Part shown: piece by piece, positions 54,558 to 64,000 of the stretch | Layout of the letters: each line of letters begins with the position of its first letter | Numbering within the stretch: the stretch's first letter is position 1 | Source of the DNA: Dehalococcoidia bacterium | GTDB lineage: Bacteria; Chloroflexota; Dehalococcoidia; SM23-28-2; RBG-16-64-32 | DNA length: 64,000 nt | Assembly (NCBI GenBank): GCA_963665775.2 | Contig: CAXXTF010000002.1 | Span: 608,001-672,000 of the forward strand | Direction of reading: 5' to 3' | Translations under genes and position numbers: made by a program | The notes under the pieces: generated by a model | Seen by the model: the letters and a program-made list of their open reading frames with translations, nothing else | Databases searched by the model: none | What the model was told of the DNA's origin: nothing

Positions 54558-55709
54558 CTACAGTGAAACCGGGACCCTACGGGGCCCGCTAGAGTCCTCG
54601 CCCTCTACGACGAAACCGTCTTGCACCAATAGTTGGCGATCAACGGCATGAATCCAACGCACCTCGAAATAACCTGGACGGCGCGGCGTGAAATTGACTG
54701 TATGCCCGGCCCTGCTTTCGAGCGATAAGAAATGATGCTCGGGGGACTCCCCGCCCCGCGCTATCTCGCAGTCAAAGCCCACCGGGAACTTTGGTAGATG
54801 CTCCCCTACTGGCCGAATCGTCAACGTCATCATCTCGCCTGGCTGGGGCCGCTTCGGAAGAATCGAAGATTCCCAGCGTACATCTCCCATGCTAGGCGGT
54901 GCGACTGGTGCCGAATTCGCTAGTGCTTTGGACTCTGCCCCCTTCTCAGCATCAGAGACGGGTGTCGAGATGTAGGGCCGGACCATGCTCTTCAACTGTT
55001 CGGTCAGTTGCTGGTGACTTTCATACTCAATCCGATCTAGGCCCTCAAGATCGGCGGGTATGGTTGTGCGAGAGCGGCATATCATTATGCACGGCTTGCC
55101 GAGTGCAAGGCCCGCACCAAGCTCGAGGAATACGTTTGGCTTACTCGGATTCGAGATATCGTAGATGCCAAAGCGGGTGTCACGAATCTTAGGCACGATC
55201 TTGTCCCTAAATATGTGCCCCTGCCTCAGCTCGCCGTCCGCGTAATAAGGTGTGAGTCCGGAGCCAGATAGAGCCGCGTCTATTGCACGCCTCAGGTCAT
55301 CGATTTGCTCCTTGCTGAATTCGTGTGCGACAAAGTACTCCATGGATTTCAACTCCACGTCTTGGGATTGACTCATGCTCTCAGAACTAGCGCCTTCCGG
55401 CATAGCTCTGGCTTCCGGTTGGCCTTGGAGATAATCACTGTAGGCGAGGCCTTTGGGCGTCACATCAAAGGATACTTCTCCAATGCCTTCGTGAGACAGA
55501 AAGAGGAGGCCCTGGCTTGCGAGAATCTCAACGTCTCCAAAGTACGCAGGCATCTCGCCGCCGAGCCCAGGGTGATTAATTGAATCTCCCCCGAACGTCT
55601 GGTAGGCGAAAAACTTCTGCCTTTTGTCACGCGGTTGGTTCCGCGCGGCGTCTACTAGTCTTGTCAGGAGTTCCGCTTGCTCCGGTTCAAGTAGAACGTC
55701 GTCAAACAT
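54558..55709 (-). CDS. Three-domain protein: wHTH-like, TIR/nucleoside deoxyribosyltransferase-like, beta-sandwich
   Basis: YFVAHEF...IYDIS..KPNVFLELG..LALGKP...PADL; ATG 55709 lies 2 nt after the thyX stop. Confidence 0.7.
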   Translation of the reverse strand: MFDDVLLEPEQAELLTRLVDAARNQPRDKRQKFFAYQTFGGDSINHPGLGGEMPAYFGDVEILASQGLLFLSHEGIGEVSFDVTPKGLAYSDYLQGQPEARAMPEGASSESMSQSQDVELKSMEYFVAHEFSKEQIDDLRRAIDAALSGSGLTPYYADGELRQGHIFRDKIVPKIRDTRFGIYDISNPSKPNVFLELGAGLALGKPCIMICRSRTTIPADLEGLDRIEYESHQQLTEQLKSMVRPYISTPVSDAEKGAESKALANSAPVAPPSMGDVRWESSILPKRPQPGEMMTLTIRPVGEHLPKFPVGFDCEIARGGESPEHHFLSLESRAGHTVNFTPRRPGYFEVRWIHAVDRQLLVQDGFVVEGEDSSGPRRVPVSL

Positions 55710-55711
55710 GG

Positions 55712-56482
55712 TCACACCTTCTCGTGCTCCGTCCGCGCCACCTCCGTCCCGTCCGCCAGCCGCACCACCTCGTAGTCCGCGAACAGGTTCGGCGCCTCCT
55801 CCCGCATCAGCCGCAGCAGCGCCAACGCCACCTTCCTGATCTCCGTCTCCGCCCACTCCGACCCCCGCAGCTCGATGAAGTGGCGCAGGGCGCGCGCGTT
55901 CGCCGTCACGAAGATCATGGTCTCCGTCGCGTTGGGCAGCACGGAGCGCGCGGCCTGGCGGGCCAGCTTCCGCCGCTGTGTCCGGTCCGTCATCTCCGCC
56001 ATCTTCGACATCAGCCCCTGCACCAGCTCCAGGTACGCCCCGTGGGACGCCTCGACAGCGCGCAGCCAGACGGCATGCAGCCCCTCGTCCTCGGCGATGA
56101 TGTCCGGTTCGACGTAATTCGCCATCGACTCGTCGACGTACCGCTGCGAGAGCTGGGAGTAGGCCCAGCCGGCGCGGTGGCGGATCAGCTCGTGCGTGAA
56201 GGAGCGGGAGACACCGGCGATGATGAAGTTCCAGACGGCGTGCTCCAGGACGGAGCCGTGCTTCTGCGCCACGATGTTTCCGATGTACTCCGCGTTGCTC
56301 TTGCGTCCCCTGCCGAAGGAGAGGTAGCAGAGGCGGCCACCCGCCTCGGCCAGCTGCTCGCCGCCCACCTCGGTGTCCGTCTCCCAGGACATGCCGTACT
56401 CGTCCAGGAAGCGGTCGACCTCGCCACCGTCGACATTCTGGCGGCCGACGAGATAGACGCGGGGCTCGCGGATGATGTTCAT
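55712..56482 (-). CDS. thyX: FAD-dependent thymidylate synthase
   Basis: HGSVLEH, SRSFTHELIRHR, SQLSQRY, ARSVLPN, NARALRHF. Confidence 0.95.
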   Translation of the reverse strand: MNIIREPRVYLVGRQNVDGGEVDRFLDEYGMSWETDTEVGGEQLAEAGGRLCYLSFGRGRKSNAEYIGNIVAQKHGSVLEHAVWNFIIAGVSRSFTHELIRHRAGWAYSQLSQRYVDESMANYVEPDIIAEDEGLHAVWLRAVEASHGAYLELVQGLMSKMAEMTDRTQRRKLARQAARSVLPNATETMIFVTANARALRHFIELRGSEWAETEIRKVALALLRLMREEAPNLFADYEVVRLADGTEVARTEHEKV

Positions 56483-56671
56483 GATTGCCTCCGAGGGTGG
56501 GAAAGGCAGCGCGCCAGAGCCTGCGAGACGCTGAAATTATAGCATTGGCGGGAAAGGGCGAAAAGAGTAGAGCCGATAAGCATTTGCGGCCCCGCCCTGC
56601 CATTCTCAGCGAAGCGAAGAATCGCCGCCGCCCGCATGTTCCCCTGCGCGAGTGCTAGAATGGGCGGCGAT

Positions 56672-57115
56672 ATGACCGTTAACGCCGTGGGAGTGGACAT
56701 CATCGAGATCGAGCGGGTGGCGCTGGCCCTGGGCCGGTTCGGGGAGCGGTTCCTGAAGCGAGTGTACACGCCGGTGGAGGCGGCGTTCTGCGCGGGCCGC
56801 GTCCACGAGCTGGCGGTGCGGTTCGCCGCCAAGGAGTCGGTGATGAAGGCGCTGGGCACGGGAGCGCGGGGCGTCGCCTGGCGGGAGATCGAGGTGCTGC
56901 CCAACCGGCGGGGAAAGCCGCTCGTCTACCTGCACGGTCGGGCCAAGGAACGGGCGGAGGCGATAGGCCTGACCGGCCTCGACGTGAGCATGAGCCACAG
57001 CCGGCAGTACGCCGTGGCCTTCGTCGTCGGCCAGTCGCAGGAGCCGGAGCCCGACCGCGAGGGCTGGCGGGAGCGATTCGTCGCCTTACTGCGGGAGCGG
57101 GGCAGGCTGACATGA
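56672..57115 (+). CDS. acpS: Holo-ACP synthase
   Basis: GVDIIE, RFAAKES, GKP, SMSHS. Confidence 0.93.
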   Translation: MTVNAVGVDIIEIERVALALGRFGERFLKRVYTPVEAAFCAGRVHELAVRFAAKESVMKALGTGARGVAWREIEVLPNRRGKPLVYLHGRAKERAEAIGLTGLDVSMSHSRQYAVAFVVGQSQEPEPDREGWRERFVALLRERGRLT

Positions 57116-58668
57116 AGCTCGTCACCGTCGCCGAGATGCAGGAAGCGGAGCGCCAGGCCGGGGTGCCCGTGTCACAGCTCATGGAGAACGCCGGGCTGGC
57201 CGTGGCCCAGGAGGCGCGCGCTCTGCTGGGCGAGGTGGCGACACGGCGGATCGTCGTGCTCGTCGGGCCGGGAAACAACGGCGGCGACGGCCTGGTGGCG
57301 GCACGGCACCTGAAGGAATGGGGCGCCAACCTCAGCGTCTACCTGCTGAAGCCCAGGACCGAGAAGGACGCCGTCTTCGCGGCGGCCGTGCGGCAGGGCG
57401 TCCCGATCATTCAGGCGGAGGAGGACGCCGCCGACGCCTACCGTCAGCTCGAGGTAGGGCTGACGGGTTCGGAGCTGGTCATCGACGCGCTACTGGGGAC
57501 CGGCCGGGTCCGTCTTATCGAGGGGCCGCTGGCCGAGGTGCTGGACCGGCTCCGACGGCTCCGCTCGTTCTCGCCGGCGCCACGGCTCCTGGCAGTGGAC
57601 CTGCCGACAGGGTTGAACGCGGACACCGGAGCGGTGGACCCGCGCTGCCTGGCCGCGGACGTGACCGTCACGCTGGGCTGGAGCAAGGTGGGGCTGCATA
57701 CGCTGCCGGGATCGCTTCAGGCGGGACAGGTGAAGGTGGTGGACATTGGCATACCTGGGGAGCGAGAGGCCGCGCTTCAGACGGAGCTGATGACAGACCG
57801 GTGGGCGCGGTCGGCGCTGCCCGAACGGCCGCCGGGAGCGCACAAGGGCAGCTTCGGGCGAGCGCTGGTGGTGGCGGGCTCGCCGCGTTACATCGGGGCG
57901 GCGTACCTGGCCTGCATGGGCGGCTTGCGCGCGGGGGCCGGGCTCGTGACCCTGGCCTGCGCCCGCACCGTCTACCCGATCCTCGCCTCCAAGCTCACGG
58001 AGGCCACCTTCGAGCCCCTGATCGACATGGAGGGGTATCTGACGGCTGAGGCGGCCCACTCGCTTCGTATGGCCATCGACCGGGGCTCCGAGGCGCTGCT
58101 GGTAGGGCCGGGGCTGGGGCAGCAGAGCTACGTGCTGGCCTTCCTGCACTCCCTTCTACCCCTGCTCTCGGGCGACCACCTTCAAGCCTTGGTGATAGAT
58201 GCCGACGGGCTGAACAACCTGGCCAAGATCGAGGGATGGTGGAAGGATCTGTCACTGCCGACAGTCGTGACCCCACACCCGGGCGAGCTGTCTCGGCTGA
58301 CAGGTCTGACAGTCGACGAGATACAGTCGGACCGGCTGACAACGGCGCGCCGGTGCGCCCAGGATTGGGGCGTAACGGTCGTGCTGAAGGGCGCCAATAC
58401 GGTGGTAGCGGCGCCGGACGGTCGGGCGCGGCTGAGCCCCTTCGCCAACCCTGGTCTGGCCTCGGGCGGGACGGGCGACGTGCTGGCGGGAGCAATCGTG
58501 GGGCTCATCGCCCAGGGACTGGCGCCCTTCGAGGCAGCGAGCCTCGGGGTATACTTACATGGGCTGGCGGGAGAGCTGGTGCGGCAGGAGATGGGCAGCG
58601 CGGGGATGGTGGCCGGGGACCTGTTGCCGGCGCTGCCGCGGGCGATGAAGGGGCTGCGGAACGAGTAG
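57112..58668 (+). CDS. nnr: Bifunctional NAD(P)H-hydrate epimerase/dehydratase
   Basis: LMENAG, GPGNNGGDG, HKGSFG, TPHPGE, GGTGDVLAG. Confidence 0.95.
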   Translation: MKLVTVAEMQEAERQAGVPVSQLMENAGLAVAQEARALLGEVATRRIVVLVGPGNNGGDGLVAARHLKEWGANLSVYLLKPRTEKDAVFAAAVRQGVPIIQAEEDAADAYRQLEVGLTGSELVIDALLGTGRVRLIEGPLAEVLDRLRRLRSFSPAPRLLAVDLPTGLNADTGAVDPRCLAADVTVTLGWSKVGLHTLPGSLQAGQVKVVDIGIPGEREAALQTELMTDRWARSALPERPPGAHKGSFGRALVVAGSPRYIGAAYLACMGGLRAGAGLVTLACARTVYPILASKLTEATFEPLIDMEGYLTAEAAHSLRMAIDRGSEALLVGPGLGQQSYVLAFLHSLLPLLSGDHLQALVIDADGLNNLAKIEGWWKDLSLPTVVTPHPGELSRLTGLTVDEIQSDRLTTARRCAQDWGVTVVLKGANTVVAAPDGRARLSPFANPGLASGGTGDVLAGAIVGLIAQGLAPFEAASLGVYLHGLAGELVRQEMGSAGMVAGDLLPALPRAMKGLRNE

Positions 58669-58682
58669 GTGAGAGGTTGGAG

Positions 58683-60395
58683 ATGAGCGCGACAGGTAGG
58701 CGCTGGCGGCTTCGGGGACGCTTCCCGGAGGGGGAGCTGAGCGGCGCTCCCCATCCAGCGCTGATCCGTCACCTCCTCTGGCACCGGGGCGTGCGCACAG
58801 CCGCCGAGGCGTCGCGGTTCATGGACCGTTCGCCGGCGGGAACAGGCGAGCACGACCCGCTCCTCTTGCCCGGGATGGAGGAGGCGCTGACGCGGCTGCG
58901 GCAGGCGATCCACGGCGGCGAGCCGGTGGCCGTGTTCGGCGACTTCGATGTAGATGGAGTGACGGCGTCGGCGCTCCTGACGGACGGGCTGCGGCGGTTG
59001 GGGGGCAAGGTGGTGCCGTACATCCCCGATCGTTTCGCCGAAGGATACGGGCTCAACGTGGCCGCGCTAGACACCCTGCGCCAAGCCGGAATCCGGCTGG
59101 TCGTTACGGTGGACTGCGGCACCAGCTCCCTCAGCGAAGTCGAGCACGCCGTCCAACAGGGGATGGAGGTTATCATCCTCGACCACCACACGGTGCCGCC
59201 CCAGCTGCCGGCGGCGGTTGCCACTGTTAACCCTAAACGACCGGATAGCCGATACCCGGAGCCGGAGCTGGCATCGGTCGGCCTGGCCTATAAGCTGGTG
59301 GGCGCTCTGTACGAGGCCCTGGGACAGGCATGGGAGCCCCAACGCTACCTGGAGCTTGTGGCGCTGGGCACGGTGACCGACATGGTGCCCCTCCAGAACG
59401 AGAATCGCTCGCTGGTCAAACGTGGCCTCGCCGCCCTATCGGAGACCGAACGACCGGGTCTGCGAGCACTGATGGAGGCCGCCGGAATCGACCCACCGCT
59501 GGTCGACGCTGAGGCTATCGGCTACGCTTTGGGACCGCGCCTAAACGCCGCCGGCCGCCTCGCCCACGCCCAGCAAGCCTTCGACCTCCTCCTGGAGGAG
59601 GATGAGCCAGCGGCGAACCAGCGGGCGCTGGCGCTTACGGCGCTCAATCAAGAGCGCCAGCGGCAGACCCGGGCGGCCCTGGCGCTGGCGCAGGAGCTAC
59701 TGGCGGAAGAGGACCCCGAAGCCCCCCTCCTCTTCCTCGGCCACGAGGATATCCCCTCGGGTATCGTGGGGCTGGTGGCCGGCCGGCTAGCCGAGGAGCG
59801 CTACCGCCCCACGGTCGTGTACGAGGCGGGCGACCCCACCAGCCGGGCCAGCTGTCGCAGCATCCCGGAGTTCGACATCACGGGGGCGCTGCGGAAATGC
59901 GCGGCGCTCATGCTGCGGTTCGGCGGCCACCGGGCGGCGGCCGGCTTCACTGCGGAGACCGACAAGCTGCCCGCTCTGCGGGAGGCACTCCTGAGACAGG
60001 GGGAGCAGGCGCTGGCAGGAGTCGAGCTGGCGCCTACCATCGACATCGACGCCGCGGTGCCGCTGCACCGCATGTCGGGACCGATGATACAGTCGCTGTC
60101 GGCGCTGGCGCCCTTCGGTCAGGGGAACCCGGAGCCGACGTTCCTCAGCCGCGGCCTGGAGGTGGCCAACGTGCGGACGGTGGGCGCCGACGGGCAACAC
60201 CTGCGGCTGAAGCTGCGGGACGGCGAGATCACGTGGCCCGCCATCGCCTTCGGCCTAGGCCCTCAGAGCCCGGCCCAGATCGACGCTCAGCCCGGCATGA
60301 GGCTGGACGTCGTGTACAGCTTCTCCGCAGATCGGGCAGGGCGCGGTGCCCTGGAGCTGCGGGTGAAGGATATGGCACCGACGGAGCATCCGTGA
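58683..60395 (+). CDS. recJ: ssDNA exonuclease RecJ
   Basis: GDFDVDG, TVDCG, LDHH, PRLNAAGR, GGHRAAAG, PFGQGNPEP. Confidence 0.95.
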   Translation: MSATGRRWRLRGRFPEGELSGAPHPALIRHLLWHRGVRTAAEASRFMDRSPAGTGEHDPLLLPGMEEALTRLRQAIHGGEPVAVFGDFDVDGVTASALLTDGLRRLGGKVVPYIPDRFAEGYGLNVAALDTLRQAGIRLVVTVDCGTSSLSEVEHAVQQGMEVIILDHHTVPPQLPAAVATVNPKRPDSRYPEPELASVGLAYKLVGALYEALGQAWEPQRYLELVALGTVTDMVPLQNENRSLVKRGLAALSETERPGLRALMEAAGIDPPLVDAEAIGYALGPRLNAAGRLAHAQQAFDLLLEEDEPAANQRALALTALNQERQRQTRAALALAQELLAEEDPEAPLLFLGHEDIPSGIVGLVAGRLAEERYRPTVVYEAGDPTSRASCRSIPEFDITGALRKCAALMLRFGGHRAAAGFTAETDKLPALREALLRQGEQALAGVELAPTIDIDAAVPLHRMSGPMIQSLSALAPFGQGNPEPTFLSRGLEVANVRTVGADGQHLRLKLRDGEITWPAIAFGLGPQSPAQIDAQPGMRLDVVYSFSADRAGRGALELRVKDMAPTEHP

Positions 60396-60533
60396 ACGCC
60401 GGCGCGCCGCCACGCCCGATGTTCGGATCAGGCCAACGTCCTGACGCCCTCCCTTCCCTTGCGGCAGCTGAAATCCGTACGATAGAATCGCACCATCGCA
60501 CCGTGACTCCAAGCCAAGCGAGGTAATCCCCTT

Positions 60534-62573
60534 ATGAACGAGTACCCGGCGGAGAGAATACGCAACGTAGCCCTGATCGGCCATAACGGCACCGGAAAGA
60601 CGTCGCTCTCTGAAGCGATGCTTTTCATCGCCGGCGAGGTGACGCGCCTGGGCAAGGTGGAGGACGGCACGACGACCAGCGACTGGGACCCGGACGAGCA
60701 GAAGCGCGGCTTCAGCGTCAACCTCTCCATCCTGCCCCTTGAGTGGGACGGACACAAGATCAACATCCTGGATACCCCCGGCTACGCAGACTTCATGGGC
60801 GAGGTGAGGTGCGGCCTGCGGGCGGTGGAGCTGGCCCTGATAACCGTCTGCGGAGCATCCGGGGTGCAGGTCGGCACGGAGTTCGCCTGGCAGTTCGCTG
60901 ACGACTTGGAGCTGCCGCGAGCGATCTTCGTCAACCGGATGGACCGTGAGAACGCCGACTTCTCCAGCACACTCTCGCAGCTGCAGGCGCTGTGGGGACA
61001 AAAGTGCCTGCAGCTACAGCTGCCGGTGGGGTCGCAGGAGACGTTTCAGGGTGTGGTGGACATCCTGGCCATGAAGGCCTACATGGGGGAGAAGGACGAG
61101 GAGCAGGAAGTGCCCTCGGAGATGACGGCGCAGGTGGAATCGCTCCGGGAGAAGCTGATCGAGGCGGCGGCGGAGACGGACGACGCTCTCATCACGAAGT
61201 ACCTGGAGGGTGAGGAGCTAACCCCGGATGAGCTGACACAGGGGATCCGGGCCGGCATCCGGAATGGGACAATCGTCCCAGTGCTGACCGGATCGGCAAC
61301 GAAGCTGTTCGGTTTGCGACGCCTCCTGGGGACGATGACCGCACTCTTCCCCTCTCCGCTGGATCGGCTGGCCCGGGCAGATGGCGCCGAGCTGGCGGCC
61401 GATCCAGCGGTCACGCTGGCGGCCCTCGTGTTCAAGACGGCGGCCGACCCTTACGTAGGCAGGCTCACCTACTTCCGCGTATTCTCCGGCTCCCTGAAAT
61501 CGGACTCCCAGGTCTGGAACAGCAACCGGCAGACGGCGGAGCGCATCGGCACCGTCTACCTGATAAGCGGCAAGAATCAGGAACAAGTGCCGGGAGCGAG
61601 CGCGGGCGATATCGGCGCCGTGGCGAAACTGGCCGAGACCCAGACGGACGATACCCTGTGCGCCAAGGAGACGGCGGTCACCCTGCCACCCACCTCATTC
61701 CCGCCGCCCGCTTTCAGCGCTGCGATATCGCCGAAGACGAAGGCCGACCTCGACAAGATGGGCAGCGCCCTGCATCGGATCGTAGAGGAGGACCCGAGCC
61801 TGCATCTAGAGCGCAACCCAGACACCAGCGAGACGGTCCTGTCCGGACTGGGCGAATCCCACGTCACGGTCGCCCTGGAGAAGATCCGGCGCAAGTTCGG
61901 CGTCGAGCTGGAGATGGCGATGCCCAGAGTGCCGTACAAGGAAACGGTCACCGTCACGGGACAGGCGGAGTACACCCATAAGAAACAGACGGGCGGCCAC
62001 GGCCAGTACGCCAAGGTGGTCCTACAGGTACAGCCGTTGCCGCGCGGTGAGGGGGTCCACTTCGAGAACAAGACCGTTGGCGGCGTGGTGCCCAAGCAGT
62101 ATGTCGGCTCGGTAGCGAAAGGAGTGGAGGAAGCGTCGCGGGAGGGGGCGCTGGCGCACTACCCGCTGGTGGACCTAAGCGTCAGTCTTATCGATGGTAA
62201 GGAGCACCCGGTCGACTCCTCCGACATCGCCTTCAAGATCGCGGCCTCCATGGCCCTGAAGAAGGGGACACAGGAGGCGCAGCCGGTGCTGCTGGAGCCG
62301 ATCATGAACGTGACGATCACCGCTCCAGAGGCGAACACAGGGGACATCATTAGCGACCTGAACGGGAAGCGCGCGCGGGTCATGGGCATGATCCCTTCCG
62401 GCTCGATGACGATGATCGAGGCGCAGGCACCTCTAGCCGAGGTACAGCGATATGCGGCGGACCTCCGGTCAATGACGCAGGGACGCGGTCAATACTCGAT
62501 GACCTTCTCGCACTACGAGGAGACCCCGGCGCACGTGGCGCAGCGCATCATCGAGCAGGTCCAGAAGAAGTAG
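60534..62573 (+). CDS. Elongation factor G paralog (EF-G2 type)
   Basis: GHNGTGKT, DTPGYADF, KQTGGHGQY, HPVDSS; divergent switch I (EQKRGFSV). Confidence 0.9.
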   Translation: MNEYPAERIRNVALIGHNGTGKTSLSEAMLFIAGEVTRLGKVEDGTTTSDWDPDEQKRGFSVNLSILPLEWDGHKINILDTPGYADFMGEVRCGLRAVELALITVCGASGVQVGTEFAWQFADDLELPRAIFVNRMDRENADFSSTLSQLQALWGQKCLQLQLPVGSQETFQGVVDILAMKAYMGEKDEEQEVPSEMTAQVESLREKLIEAAAETDDALITKYLEGEELTPDELTQGIRAGIRNGTIVPVLTGSATKLFGLRRLLGTMTALFPSPLDRLARADGAELAADPAVTLAALVFKTAADPYVGRLTYFRVFSGSLKSDSQVWNSNRQTAERIGTVYLISGKNQEQVPGASAGDIGAVAKLAETQTDDTLCAKETAVTLPPTSFPPPAFSAAISPKTKADLDKMGSALHRIVEEDPSLHLERNPDTSETVLSGLGESHVTVALEKIRRKFGVELEMAMPRVPYKETVTVTGQAEYTHKKQTGGHGQYAKVVLQVQPLPRGEGVHFENKTVGGVVPKQYVGSVAKGVEEASREGALAHYPLVDLSVSLIDGKEHPVDSSDIAFKIAASMALKKGTQEAQPVLLEPIMNVTITAPEANTGDIISDLNGKRARVMGMIPSGSMTMIEAQAPLAEVQRYAADLRSMTQGRGQYSMTFSHYEETPAHVAQRIIEQVQKK

Positions 62574-62668
62574 GAGGCAGCGCCCGCCTGAGGCGGCGTA
62601 AGGGAGGTAGCGGGCATCGCCTGGGCGGCCCCCCTATGCTGCCGGCGAAACGCCCCCCACCCAGCCCC

Positions 62669-62989
62669 CTACTCGCGGGTGACGATATCCGCGTCAACGA
62701 CCTTCCACTCAGAACCGATCTGATCAGAACCGATCTGAGACCAGCGCGCGCGGACGGTGAATGACTGCGGGCCCACGTACTTCACGTCGTACAGATAGTC
62801 ATCGCCCTCCCGTGTATGGCTCAGGATCTCGTAGGCGTCGATCTGGAGGGCACCGCCACCACCGGCCGCCGCCTGCAGCTTCACCATCGCATCGGGCATG
62901 AGGTCGTTCATTAACTGGGCGATATCCATCGTGACGATCGCCTTGCCATGCCGGTGAACGACATCTTCGATGCCGACATCTTCGCTCAT
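62669..62989 (-). CDS. Hypothetical protein
   Basis: AAGGAG RBS; 106 aa; in-frame 15-bp tandem duplication. Confidence 0.7.
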   Translation of the reverse strand: MSEDVGIEDVVHRHGKAIVTMDIAQLMNDLMPDAMVKLQAAAGGGGALQIDAYEILSHTREGDDYLYDVKYVGPQSFTVRARWSQIGSDQIGSEWKVVDADIVTRE

Positions 62990-63190
62990 GGATGCTCCTT
63001 TCTCCTCTCGACTGGGAATATAGATACGTCAGTAGCTAGTGTTAACATCAGGGCACCATTATAGACAACTCCTATTTCTGCGCCTATGTTATCTCGTCTT
63101 TTCATATGCGTTTCCCTTGCCCCGCGTTGCCGCACTGTCTATAGTGGGGATAATATCGCACATTCACTTTAAAGTTCAAGGAGAACCCTC

Positions 63191-63910
63191 TTGCAACGCA
63201 CCCAGGCCTTGACCCTGGCAGATGCGGTGTTCCCGCGCATTCAGACGGACAGCAGGGTAATAGCGCTGGCACGCGACGTCGCACTCATGGCCAGCTTCGC
63301 GGGATTCGTCGCCCTTTGCGCTCAGATCGCGGTGCGCCTCCCCTGGACCACGGTTCCGATCACCGGCCAGACCTTCGCCGTCCTGGTGACAGGGGGCGCG
63401 TTGGGAGCCTGGCGGGGCGCCGGTTCCCTGTCCATCTACATGCTGATCGGCATGATCGGCCTCCCGGTTTTCGCCCCCGGCAGCGCGGGCGTGGCGGGCA
63501 GTTGGGATCTCCACTTCATCCTGCCTTGGAACGGCTCGCATGCCTTCCTGTGGGACATCTCCAGCGGCGGCTACATCGTGGGCTTCATCTTCGCCGCCGG
63601 CCTGGTGGGCTGGCTGGCGGAGCGCCGATGGGACCGAAAGCCCTACGTGCACCTGGGGATGTTCCTGGGGAACGTCGTGCTCTACGTCCCCGGCATACTC
63701 TGGTTGGGCTACCTCATCGGCACGGACTGGATTCATCCTGTGGCCAACCAACCTCTGGGCGACCTGATCGCCGGCTCCGGCACCTGGGACAAGGCGCTGA
63801 AGGGCGGCCTCTACCCCTTCATCGTGGGCGACATGATGAAGCTTTTCCTGGCCTCCCTAACTCTGCCTGCCGCTTGGAGCTTGGTGACCAGGATCAAGCG
63901 CGACAGCTAA
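63191..63910 (+). CDS. bioY: Biotin ECF S-component BioY
   Basis: VPITGQTFAV, GLPVF, GGYIVGF, PFIVGD. Confidence 0.9.
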   Translation: MQRTQALTLADAVFPRIQTDSRVIALARDVALMASFAGFVALCAQIAVRLPWTTVPITGQTFAVLVTGGALGAWRGAGSLSIYMLIGMIGLPVFAPGSAGVAGSWDLHFILPWNGSHAFLWDISSGGYIVGFIFAAGLVGWLAERRWDRKPYVHLGMFLGNVVLYVPGILWLGYLIGTDWIHPVANQPLGDLIAGSGTWDKALKGGLYPFIVGDMMKLFLASLTLPAAWSLVTRIKRDS

Positions 63911-64000
63911 GGCCCCGCGGAAGCCGGCCTCCTTATCGGCGCCCTGGCATCGGTGCTGCTGGCAGGTCTGAGCCTGCTGGATCGAGAGGCCGGCCCGGCG

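Noticed and set aside
54558-56603. 681-aa ORF read as one fusion protein
   Set aside because: Its first ~300 codons are an off-frame shadow of thyX; the credible gene starts at ATG 55709
63040-63070. Possible BirA operator upstream of bioY (TGTTAAC-N14-ATAGACA)
   Set aside because: Right half-site and spacing fit poorly

Overview
High-GC bacterial chromosome segment. Gene order and protein types suggest Chloroflexota, probably Dehalococcoidia; this is an inference. Core genes are smpB-ssrA, rpsB-tsf-pyrH-frr-uppS-cdsA-dxr-rseP-ispG, proS, nusA-ylxR-infB-rbfA-truB, an ino1/acyltransferase/PHP/GT4/CDP-alcohol phosphotransferase operon resembling phosphatidylinositol-mannoside synthesis, and prfB (+1 frameshift), nfi, folD, thyX, acpS, nnr, recJ, an EF-G paralog and bioY. 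A ~20.6 kb tyrosine-integrase element (29010-49584) is bounded by a perfect 16-bp direct repeat covering the overlapping stop codons of two convergent genes. It carries a satellite-like backbone and defence-type cargo: McrBC, an IS1595 transposase coupled to P63C and a methyltransferase-HNH fusion, a HEPN-like protein, and a leaderless cas-less type I-E CRISPR array between IS-type inverted repeats. It also carries a UGA-recoded selenoprotein lipoprotein and several IS elements or remnants. Other signals are a dif-like site at 1424-1451, a perfect 28-bp palindrome at 34108-34166, and a TIR/NDT-like gene between thyX and folD. All family calls come from motif recognition by eye; no database search was run.
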